Below, piece after piece: positions 11,835-19,156 of a DNA stretch of 19,156 bases (positions are counted from its first letter, which is position 1; the number at the start of each line of letters is the position of its first letter). This DNA is from Candidatus Omnitrophota bacterium (GTDB lineage Bacteria; Omnitrophota; Gorgyraeia; JABMRN01; RBG-13-46-9), in the NCBI GenBank assembly GCA_013203315.1, contig JABMQJ010000011.1, positions 1 through 19,156 on the forward strand, in the 5' to 3' direction. The translations under genes were made by a program, and so were the position numbers. The notes beneath the pieces are model-generated. The model had not been told where the DNA came from. It was given only the letters and a program-made list of their open reading frames with translations, and searched no databases.

Positions 11835-12456
11835 ATTGCCTCGCCTTGTAAACTTCGTTTAAAAGTTCCTCGGAGGATCGTAGGCCCGGATTTCTCTTAA
11901 GGGCTTTAGCGATCATGTCTTCGGCTTCTTTCTTTTTATACTGAAGCTGCAAAAGAACTGAAAGCGCCTCATCTTTAGTATCCTTGGTAACGTGGAGCGA
12001 TTCTTTTGCGAAACGGTCCTGAATCAGGCCGAACTTCCCGACTTTACCCTGAAGTTTTGCTATAATTTCTTTTGCCCTCTGCTCACCGATTCCCGGAAGC
12101 GTCTTTAGTACGGCAAGGTTCGCACTGTCGATGGCTTCGGCTATCTCAGAAATCGGAAGCGCTAACGCCCTGCAGGCAGCCTTTGGCCCGACACCTGATA
12201 CTGTTATGAATTTTTCGAAAAATTCCTTTTCTATTTCGTTTAAAAAACCTATCAGGACCGGGATTCCTTTGGAGGGGTCTGTCTGAAAGTAATGATAGGT
12301 AACCAGGGTTATGTCCTGGCCGTCTGTTACGCTCTTCTTAACGTTTCTCATTATGGCCTCGGGCACAAGAACCTCGTAACATATGCCGCCTGCCACCTCG
12401 AGGGTAAGTTTACCGGATTTCCTTGATTTAACCTTGCCCTGTATTTGCGATATCAT
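11818..12456 (-). CDS. ruvA: Holliday junction DNA-binding protein RuvA
   Basis: MISQIQG start, HhH motifs VSGVGPK and [10 protein letters not shown]-terminal [10 protein letters not shown] domain; lies between ruvC and ruvB. Confidence 0.94.
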   Translation of the reverse strand: MISQIQGKVKSRKSGKLTLEVAGGICYEVLVPEAIMRNVKKSVTDGQDITLVTYHYFQTDPSKGIPVLIGFLNEIEKEFFEKFITVSGVGPKAACRALALPISEIAEAIDSANLAVLKTLPGIGEQRAKEIIAKLQGKVGKFGLIQDRFAKESLHVTKDTKDEALSVLLQLQYKKKEAEDMIAKALKRNPGLRSSEELLNEVYKARQYEKTK

Positions 12457-12932
12457 CTTAACTCCATGTTAACGTAAGTTAAGGCACATGCCAACGCATC
12501 TGTTACGTCCATCGGCTGGCGCTTATCTTCAATAGCAAGAAGTTTCTGGACCATTCCCTGTATTTGCATTTTTGAAGCCTGGCCCCCGCCCGTTACGGCT
12601 TTTTTTATTCTCGTTGAAGGATAATTGACCAGTTTTATCCCGGAAACACCGGCAGCCAAGCACACAACGCCTCTTGCGTGCCCCATGAGAATTGATGTGG
12701 CCGGGTGCTTGTAATGAGAATATAGTTTTTCAAGAACAATAACTTCCGGCTTATAGTCTCTTACGATATTCAGTATATTCCTGTATATCTTTTCCAGCCT
12801 TACGCTAATGCGATCCCCGGCTTTTGTCTTTATTATGCCTGCTTCCTTAAGTTTAACCTGATATGAGTTTTTAGCTTCTATCACGCCATAACCGGTTACT
12901 ACAAGCCCGGGGTCAACACCGAGAATAATCAT
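12453..12932 (-). CDS. ruvC: Holliday junction resolvase RuvC
   Basis: ILGVDPGL..TGYG, catalytic Glu in VLEKLY, HARGV, IKKAVTG.G.ASK.Q, DVTDALACA. Confidence 0.97.
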   Translation of the reverse strand: MIILGVDPGLVVTGYGVIEAKNSYQVKLKEAGIIKTKAGDRISVRLEKIYRNILNIVRDYKPEVIVLEKLYSHYKHPATSILMGHARGVVCLAAGVSGIKLVNYPSTRIKKAVTGGGQASKMQIQGMVQKLLAIEDKRQPMDVTDALACALTYVNMELR

Positions 12933-13675
12933 TCCATTTCTTTCAAAATATCGTCAGGTATATCTAAATTAGCATACACATTTTGCACGTCGTCGTTATC
13001 TTCGAGTTCGCTTACAAGTGATAGAACTTTCTTCGCATTCTCTCCGGTTACCTTGATCGTATTCTTGGGAACGTTGGTAATTTCGGATGTCTCTATTTTT
13101 ATTTTGTTATCCTGAAGTGCTTTTTTTACATTTTCGAAATCACCGGGCTGGGTTGTAATCGCATAAGTCGTTTCTTCTGTTTTTAAATCCTCAGCTCCGG
13201 AGTCCAGGACAATAGACATGAGTTTGTCTTCTTCTATCACGTTTTTATTAACAACGATATAACCGCGTTTTTCAAAAATCCAATTCACTGAACCCTGGCC
13301 CGCCATGTTGCCGCCTTTTTTGGAGAAGATATTCCTTATATCGCTTGAAGCCCTGTTTTTATTATCGGTGAGGACATCTACCATGATAGCGATGCCGCCC
13401 GGGCCGTATCCTTCATAGACCACTTCTTCGTAATTTACGCCTTCCAGTTCGCCGGTGCCTTTTTTAATCGCGCGGTCCACATTTTCCGCAGGCATGTTGC
13501 TTTCTTTGGCTTTTTGGACCACCATTCGCAATCGCGCGTTGGCGCCGACATCCCCTCCGCCGGACCTTGCCGCTACGGTTATTTCCCGTATCAGCTTCGT
13601 GAAAACTTTCCCTCTTTTGGCGTCAGCTGCGCCTTTTTTGTGTTTTATACTCGCCCATTTAGAATGTCCGCTCAT
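12929..13675 (-). CDS. yebC: YebC/PmpR (TACO1) family protein
   Basis: MSGHSKWASIKHKK, YEGYGPGG, TDNKNRA, LEDNDDVQNVYAN. SD AGGAG upstream. Confidence 0.97.
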   Translation of the reverse strand: MSGHSKWASIKHKKGAADAKRGKVFTKLIREITVAARSGGGDVGANARLRMVVQKAKESNMPAENVDRAIKKGTGELEGVNYEEVVYEGYGPGGIAIMVDVLTDNKNRASSDIRNIFSKKGGNMAGQGSVNWIFEKRGYIVVNKNVIEEDKLMSIVLDSGAEDLKTEETTYAITTQPGDFENVKKALQDNKIKIETSEITNVPKNTIKVTGENAKKVLSLVSELEDNDDVQNVYANLDIPDDILKEME

Positions 13676-13689
13676 ACTCTTCTCCTATA

Positions 13690-15744
13690 TTATGCCTTCG
13701 CTTCTTCTTTTGCTTTTTTCGATTTTTCCACAACGATCTGAATTATGTTCGAAGGGACCGGGTCGTAATGCGAAAAATGCATTGCGTAACTTCCACGGCC
13801 TCCGGTCAATGACTTTAACTCGTTTGCCCATTTATACATTTCTTCTAACGGGACCTTTGCTTTTATTACCTGCATCCCGACACCCGGTTCCATGCCCATG
13901 ATTCTTCCCCTTCTTGAGTTCAGGCTTCCCGTAATATCGCCCATAAACTCATCGGGTATCGTAACGTCAACGTCCATGATGGGTTCAAGAAGAACCGGTT
14001 TCGCTTTAAGCACCGCTTCCTTAAAAGCGTGCCGCGAGGCTATCTGGAAAGCTATATCCTTGGAATCAACGGGGTGTGTTTTTCCGTCATAAACTATGGC
14101 CCTGATGTCCACCACGGGAAAGCCGGCTAGTGCGCCTTCTCCCAGCGCAGCTTTTATACCCTTTTCGCAACTTACGATAAAGGGACCCGGAATCGCGCCC
14201 CCTACGACTTCGTCTACAAATTCAAATCCCGAGCCCCTTGGCAATGGTTCTATGCGCATCCACACCTCGGCGAATTGCCCGGCGCCTCCGGACTGTTTTT
14301 TATGCCTGTATTGAGATTCGCCCTTGGCCGTTATTGTCTCCTTGTAGGCAACTTTAGGCGTCCCCACATCCACCTGAACGCCATAACGCTTATTAAGCCT
14401 AGCGATCATGATATTTATATGAAGGTCTCCCATGCCTGACGCAACGAGTTCCTTTGTTTGAGCATCGCGCACTATTGTGAATGTCTTATCTTCTGCGGTC
14501 ATTTTATGAAGTGCGACCGAAATTTTATCTTCATCAGAACGCGTTTTCGGTTTGATGGAAAATGATATTGCCGGTTCCGGAAACTGCAGCCTCTCGAATA
14601 AAATCGGGGTCTTATCCGTAGCAAGCGAATCGCCCGTATGGGTAGCTTTCAATTTAGCGCAGGCTGCGATATCGCCGGCGGAAACGAATTCAACATTTTT
14701 ATGCTCCTTTCCCTGAAGGGCGAAAAGCTGTCCTGTTTTCTCGGAATGTTTTTCGGAGACATTGTAGAAGGCTGTGTTGGAGAGGAGTTTTCCCGAAAAA
14801 ACCTTGAATATCGATATCTGCCCCACATAGGGATCGGAAATAGTTTTAAAAACCTGGGCGCTGAAAAAATCACTTTCCTTCGGATCGATTTTAAGCTTTT
14901 CTTCTGTTTTCGAATTAGTGGCCTCTTTCGCCGAGGCGTCACTGGGAGACGGCATATATTCTATAATACAATCCACCAGTTCTTTCACGCCGACATTCTT
15001 GACAGCGGAGCCCGCCATTACCGGTATTACCTTGCCTTCGAGTACGGCCTTTTTAAGCGCTGATTTAAATTCACCGGCTTCGAGCTCGCCTTTTTCGAGA
15101 TATTTTTCGAGAAGCTGGTCGTCGCTTTCGGCCACGTTTTCAACAAGTGATTCTGACAGTTTTTCGGCCTTGGATTTTTCATCTCCGGAAAGAGCGTCCA
15201 GGCCCTCTTTTGTAATCAGGTTGGCCACGCCGGCAAAGGAAGACTCCTCCCCAATCGGGTAAGAGATTAGCGCCATTTTCTTGCCCAGCTTATCTTTTAA
15301 AGCGTTCACGCACCTTGTAAAATCTGCGTGCTCTTTATCTATTCTGCTTATAAATATGACTGCGGGTAACTTATGCTCTCCGATTAACCGCAGTGCTTTA
15401 TTTGTGCCGATTTCAAGTCCGCCTGTGGCGTTCATGACTATAACAGCGCTTTCAACAAACTTGATGGCACTCAGGGTTTCCCCTACGAAGTCGCCGTAAC
15501 CGGGGGCATCGATAATATTTACTTTTATACCGTTTTTAGTGAGGTGCAGGAACGAGGAGTTTATTGAAATTTTTCTTTCTTTTTCGTCTTCGTTGTAATC
15601 AGACGCTGTCGTGCCCTGATCAACGCTTCCGGGTTTTACAATCGCTCCGCCATGCGCAATCAGTGCTTCAGAAAGCTGGGTTTTGCCGGAGTGGGAATGT
15701 CCAAGAAGGATGAAATTTCGTACAGGAATTTTGCCCTCTGCCAT
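13690..15744 (-). CDS. fusA2: Elongation factor G paralog (EF-G2 / EF-G II type)
   Basis: Full EF-G domain set: G domain, DPYVG, GMGDLH, PKVAYKETI, KKQSGGAGQF, HPVDS, LLEPIM. G motifs are divergent (GHSHSGKT, RKISI, DAPGY, SRID). Not flanked by rpsL/rpsG/tuf. SD AAGGAGG. Confidence 0.93.
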   Translation of the reverse strand: MAEGKIPVRNFILLGHSHSGKTQLSEALIAHGGAIVKPGSVDQGTTASDYNEDEKERKISINSSFLHLTKNGIKVNIIDAPGYGDFVGETLSAIKFVESAVIVMNATGGLEIGTNKALRLIGEHKLPAVIFISRIDKEHADFTRCVNALKDKLGKKMALISYPIGEESSFAGVANLITKEGLDALSGDEKSKAEKLSESLVENVAESDDQLLEKYLEKGELEAGEFKSALKKAVLEGKVIPVMAGSAVKNVGVKELVDCIIEYMPSPSDASAKEATNSKTEEKLKIDPKESDFFSAQVFKTISDPYVGQISIFKVFSGKLLSNTAFYNVSEKHSEKTGQLFALQGKEHKNVEFVSAGDIAACAKLKATHTGDSLATDKTPILFERLQFPEPAISFSIKPKTRSDEDKISVALHKMTAEDKTFTIVRDAQTKELVASGMGDLHINIMIARLNKRYGVQVDVGTPKVAYKETITAKGESQYRHKKQSGGAGQFAEVWMRIEPLPRGSGFEFVDEVVGGAIPGPFIVSCEKGIKAALGEGALAGFPVVDIRAIVYDGKTHPVDSKDIAFQIASRHAFKEAVLKAKPVLLEPIMDVDVTIPDEFMGDITGSLNSRRGRIMGMEPGVGMQVIKAKVPLEEMYKWANELKSLTGGRGSYAMHFSHYDPVPSNIIQIVVEKSKKAKEEAKA

Positions 15745-15806
15745 AAACCTCCTTTATGTTGCTTAGCTTTAATTTAATCGACCTGCGTTATGGAGATAAT
15801 ATTGAT

Positions 15807-15835
15807 ATAATATAAAAGAGTAGGGCATTTGTCAA
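15807..15835 (-). promoter_or_regulatory. Putative sigma70 promoter of the fusA2 operon
   Basis: On - strand TTGACA (15835-15830), 17-nt spacer, TATTAT (15812-15807); immediately downstream of a terminator. Confidence 0.8.
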
Positions 15836-15840
15836 GACAG

Positions 15841-15865
15841 AAAAATGGCCGGGTAAATCCCGGCC
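15841..15865 (-). terminator. Intrinsic terminator
   Basis: On - strand GGCCGGG-attta-CCCGGCC followed by ATTTTT. Confidence 0.75.
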
Positions 15866-16048
15866 TTGCCAAGTCGATATTATGTAGAGGGGGGCGAGAG
15901 GTTAGCCTAGTAACACGCACACATGTAAAGGTTTATACTTTAAATGTATATCAAATTTCCGGGTTCCGGATCCGGGTATTCTAAGAGCTTTTCTTCGAAC
16001 CCGGAACTCGAAAATAATCGGAGGTTGCGTGTGATTACATCCCCGTTA
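15841..16048 (-). ncRNA. Putative ~200-nt structured small RNA (family unassigned)
   Basis: Bounded by extended -10 TGgTATACT and a terminator; no substantial ORF on the - strand. Nested inverted repeats ACACGCA/TGCGTGT (15913-15919, 16026-16032) and TTCCGGGTTC/GAACCCGGAA (15957-15966, 15997-16006). Confidence 0.5.
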
Positions 16049-16053
16049 GCATA

Positions 16054-16118
16054 AGTATACCACACGCTTCGTAAGCTATGGTAACAGTTGTATCAAAGAA
16101 GTGTAAAAATTATGTAAC
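16054..16118 (-). promoter_or_regulatory. Putative activator-dependent promoter with helically phased GTAA direct repeats
   Basis: Extended -10 TGgTATACT (16062-16054) with no recognisable -35. + strand GTAAG 16071, GTAAC 16081, degenerate GTATC 16090, GTAAA 16103, GTAAC 16114. Confidence 0.55.
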
Positions 16119-16802
16119 AAACTTATATCCGGCGCTCCGGATGCTCTGAATATACTTAGGATTGGAAGGTTTATCCTCGACTTGCTTTCTTATGCGCGCT
16201 ATGAAGTTATCGACGGTCCTTGTGGTAGGAAACACGTCGTATCCCCAAACAACGTCTAATAGGTCATTTCTTGAAACCACTTCGCCCTTGCGTTTAATAA
16301 GATATGCCAGGATGTCGAATTCCCGCTTTGAGAGCTTGAGCTTCTTCTTGCCTTTTTGTGCGTCCAGCTTGACGAAATTTACATTGACGTTACCGAATTC
16401 GTACGACTGGAGTTGCTTTTGCTTTGCTTCTTGGTGTATCTTAACCCTTCTAAGAACTGCTTGCACGCGCGCGAGTAATACATTTATGCTAAACGGTTTT
16501 GTAACATAGTCATCCGCGCCCAATGCCAGCCCCAGAATCTTATCGGCTTCTTTTGCTTTAGCCGTAAGAATTATTATGGGGAGGGTCAATTTTTTTATCT
16601 TTATTTTTTTACATACGTCGAAACCGTTTATTTCCGGAAGCATGATATCCAGAAGAACGAGATCCACGTCTTCGGCGAGGGCTTTCTCCAGCCCAATTTT
16701 ACCGTTTTCGGCTGTGAGAACCGCGTATCCTTCGGCCTTGAGATTATCCTTTAGCCCCTTACGTATTGAAGCCTCATCTTCGATTACTAATATTTTCTGC
16801 AT
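16110..16802 (-). CDS. OmpR/PhoB-family DNA-binding response regulator
   Basis: Receiver motifs VIEDE, LLDIMLP (phospho-Asp), LTAK, GADDYVTKPF; winged helix LSKREFDIL, VWGY, RTVDNFIARIRK, IRSAGYKF. SD AAGGAGG. Confidence 0.96.
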   Translation of the reverse strand: MQKILVIEDEASIRKGLKDNLKAEGYAVLTAENGKIGLEKALAEDVDLVLLDIMLPEINGFDVCKKIKIKKLTLPIIILTAKAKEADKILGLALGADDYVTKPFSINVLLARVQAVLRRVKIHQEAKQKQLQSYEFGNVNVNFVKLDAQKGKKKLKLSKREFDILAYLIKRKGEVVSRNDLLDVVWGYDVFPTTRTVDNFIARIRKQVEDKPSNPKYIQSIRSAGYKFVT

Positions 16803-16813
16803 GCGGTCCTCCT

Positions 16814-18943
16814 TTATACCCTTTCAGCGGGTAATGAAATTATAAATTTACTTCCTTTTCCAAGTTCGCTTTCGACGGCTATTTTGCCGTTATGACTCTG
16901 GATAATATCTTTTACAAACGCAAGCCCCAGGCCGCTACCCTTGGTCCCTGCCATAACGTCTTTTGTAATACGGTAAAATTTATCGAATATTTTTTCGATT
17001 TCCTCTTTCGGTATGCCAACGCCTGAATCCATTATCTCTATCAGGGTATTTTCGCGCGCCTGTTTTACGCTGACTGTTATATCTTTCTTTTCCTTGGAAT
17101 ACTTATATGCGTTATCAATAAGGTTAAGGATTACCTGCATAATCGCGTCTTTATCCGCTTCTGCGAAAATTTGGGGTTTTTCGGCGCTTACGCTGATTTT
17201 GAGGTTTTCGTCCTGCGCTTCATCTTTAAAAATGCCGATTGCCTCTTTTGCCACATCGACCATATCGGTTTTTTCAAAATAAAAAATCTTTCCGCCTTTC
17301 TCCAGTTTCGAGAAATCTAAAATCTTATTAATGAACCTGGTAAGCCTCTCTGTTTCCCGGATGATCATGTCGTAATAATGGTCTTTATTTGCGTCGCCTG
17401 TTACTTTTCCTCTCTTAAGTGTTTCGGAAAGCATCTTGACGGCTGCGATAGGAGTTTTTAATTCGTGTGAGACGCTTGATATGAAATCTTCTTTCATGCG
17501 GTTTATTTTGATTTTGCTTGCAATGTTCGAAATCATAAAATAAAGGCTCAGTAAAAAAGCCGAAGCGGCGAGGGTATATGCCATCGCCATTCTGGTAATC
17601 CTGAATCCTTTTTCTCTTACAAATTTTTTGTAGATACGCTTCACTCTCGCGTCGTCTTTTACAGGGTCAAAAATCATAAAATCCAGGGGATTTCCGGCCG
17701 GATCCGTTACCCTGAAATAAAATCCCCAGCTTCCCCATGATTCAGAAATCTTTACCAACACTTTATTCCAGCCTTTTTTCAAATCCACGTCTATCGCATC
17801 GTCGTCGACGCCGGCTGATCGCGTAGCTTCATAATCAAATATCAGGTCGTCATTGAGCCAGACCTTGATCCCGTCATCTGAGCCCAACCTGAATTGGGCC
17901 TCCCGGTCACGCGAAGAATAAACATAGGTAAGCGCGTAGGCTATGGCATAGTCGTTTTGATCGAAAAGCATATTGAGATCTACAAAACCGGAATCATCGT
18001 AGCTGTATGGCCTTGACCATTTAATTTGTTTTTTGCTTTTTCCGGTATAGGTTGCGCCCAGATCTATCCCTTCTTCAGGCGGGAAGACTTTCTCCAGACC
18101 TCTTCTGTCTGAATTATCAAACGGACCCAAAAAATACCAGTCTTTTACCAGCCTTCTTTCCGTGGTGTATTTTATGCCTTCCATGCGTTTCAAGCCGTAC
18201 ATGGACCACTGGCTAACCGGTGAAATTTCCAGCGCTTTTTCGTATGATTTTATAGCGTTCTCGTAGTCTTCTTTTTTCTCGTAGGCCATGCCCAAATCCA
18301 CGTAAGCACTAGAATGTTCAGGGGACATCTCGATTACTTTTCTAAAATAAAGCATCGCCTTATCCGGGTCATCTAGGCCATGCAGGTAGATATTGCCCAT
18401 GTCGATAAGATATGACTGGTTTTCAGGATCTATGTTGTATAGCTTGCGCAGGAGGTGCAGGGATTTTTCATATCTACCCAGATTTCTATAATTTTCGTAG
18501 AGACTTTTTATGTAGGCAAAAAATATTGTCGGATCTTTTTGCCCTTCCATGACCCTGTATTGATCCACGGGCTGGTTTGATCTTTCTGAAAAGCCGCTAT
18601 AAAGATTGGCAAGGCCTTCTTCGGCTTTTTTATTGAATTCTGTAAGCTCAGGGTATTCTGCTTCGGGATAGTTCATTATTATCGCCAGATATCCGCTTGT
18701 GGCTTCGGTTTCACGTCCAAGCGCCAAGAGGGCTTCGGCCCTGTCCAGATACGCCTGGGCAATTGCAGCGGGTGGCGAGTCAGTTCTGCTATCAATTATT
18801 CTTTCAGCATTTTCAAGCTTTTTAAAGGCCTTCGCCTCTTCTTTAGTCTGGGAAAAACAGAGGGGTGCGGTAAAAATGAAGACACACAAAAAGACGCAAA
18901 GCGCACCTATATAAAAAGATTTACTATATTTGCCAGACATCAT
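16814..18943 (-). CDS. Membrane sensor histidine kinase with extracytoplasmic TPR repeats and a beta-sandwich module
   Basis: N-terminal hydrophobic segment; TPRs (AYVDLGMAYEKKEDYENAIKSYEKALEISP); WYFLGPF...GSDDGIKVWLN...LKKGWNKVLVK module; TM; H box SHELKTP, N box NLIDNAYKY, G1 DSGVGI, F box FDKFYR, G2 GSGLGL. Confidence 0.95.
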   Translation of the reverse strand: MMSGKYSKSFYIGALCVFLCVFIFTAPLCFSQTKEEAKAFKKLENAERIIDSRTDSPPAAIAQAYLDRAEALLALGRETEATSGYLAIIMNYPEAEYPELTEFNKKAEEGLANLYSGFSERSNQPVDQYRVMEGQKDPTIFFAYIKSLYENYRNLGRYEKSLHLLRKLYNIDPENQSYLIDMGNIYLHGLDDPDKAMLYFRKVIEMSPEHSSAYVDLGMAYEKKEDYENAIKSYEKALEISPVSQWSMYGLKRMEGIKYTTERRLVKDWYFLGPFDNSDRRGLEKVFPPEEGIDLGATYTGKSKKQIKWSRPYSYDDSGFVDLNMLFDQNDYAIAYALTYVYSSRDREAQFRLGSDDGIKVWLNDDLIFDYEATRSAGVDDDAIDVDLKKGWNKVLVKISESWGSWGFYFRVTDPAGNPLDFMIFDPVKDDARVKRIYKKFVREKGFRITRMAMAYTLAASAFLLSLYFMISNIASKIKINRMKEDFISSVSHELKTPIAAVKMLSETLKRGKVTGDANKDHYYDMIIRETERLTRFINKILDFSKLEKGGKIFYFEKTDMVDVAKEAIGIFKDEAQDENLKISVSAEKPQIFAEADKDAIMQVILNLIDNAYKYSKEKKDITVSVKQARENTLIEIMDSGVGIPKEEIEKIFDKFYRITKDVMAGTKGSGLGLAFVKDIIQSHNGKIAVESELGKGSKFIISLPAERV

Positions 18944-18948
18944 AACAA

Positions 18949-18977
18949 ATTATATCATATAAACACGAGAGAGGCAA
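18949..18977 (-). promoter_or_regulatory. Putative sigma70 promoter of the two-component operon
   Basis: On - strand TTGCCT (18977-18972), 17-nt spacer ending in TGa, TATAAT (18954-18949). Confidence 0.75.
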
Positions 18978-19003
18978 ACTGAAGAAAAAAAAAGTAGAAC
19001 ATC

Positions 19004-19041
19004 AAAAAAAATAGCCGGAGATATATTCTCCGGCTATTTTT
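19004..19041 (-). terminator. Intrinsic terminator after 5S rRNA (symmetrical, potentially bidirectional)
   Basis: AAAAATAGCCGGAGA (19007-19021), loop tatat, TCTCCGGCTATTTTT (19027-19041). The A8 run at 19004-19011 gives a U-tract on the - strand. Confidence 0.9.
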
Positions 19042-19049
19042 AAATTAAA

Positions 19050-19156
19050 TGAGCACCGACCTACTCTCCCGCCCAGTTACCCGGGTAGTACCATCGGCCC
19101 TGAGGAGCTTAACGGCCGTATTCGGAATGGGAACGGGTGAACCTCCTCGGCATGAG
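19050..19156 (-). rRNA. rrf: 5S rRNA (5' end truncated by the window edge)
   Basis: - strand reads ...CACCCGTTCCCATTCCGAATACGG..GTTAAGCTCCTCAGGGCCGATGGTACT...GGGAGAGTAGGTCGGTGCTC, matching conserved bacterial 5S blocks. Confidence 0.97.

Noticed and set aside
15907-15924. Mini-ORF MCACY on the - strand, echoing the Tgt zinc motif CACY
   Set aside because: Five codons, no SD, lies in a predicted stem; most likely coincidence.

Overview
Bacterial core-genome window, almost all on the - strand, beside an rRNA locus: a 5S rRNA is cut by the right edge and followed by a strong terminator. Reading right to left on the - strand there is (i) a two-component pair: a sensor kinase with an extracytoplasmic TPR + beta-sandwich region, then an OmpR/PhoB-family regulator; (ii) a 365-bp intergenic region that looks like a separate ~200-nt non-coding transcription unit, with phased GTAA boxes, an extended -10, a long rod-like fold and an intrinsic terminator; (iii) a ~13.3-kb tightly packed run: EF-G2 paralog, yebC, ruvC, ruvA, ruvB, queH, spoIID-like, queA, tgt, yajC, secDF, recJ; (iv) rpmB (L28) on the + strand, divergent from recG. 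A CGTC-tagged palindromic element lies between yajC and secDF. The L28 insert 'RRGLAKKKGGVG' and the gene order suggest a PVC-superphylum organism, possibly Omnitrophota (inference only). No CRISPR array, transposase or phage gene is visible. The best candidate for something undescribed is the two-component system plus the putative regulator-controlled sRNA directly upstream of the EF-G2 operon.
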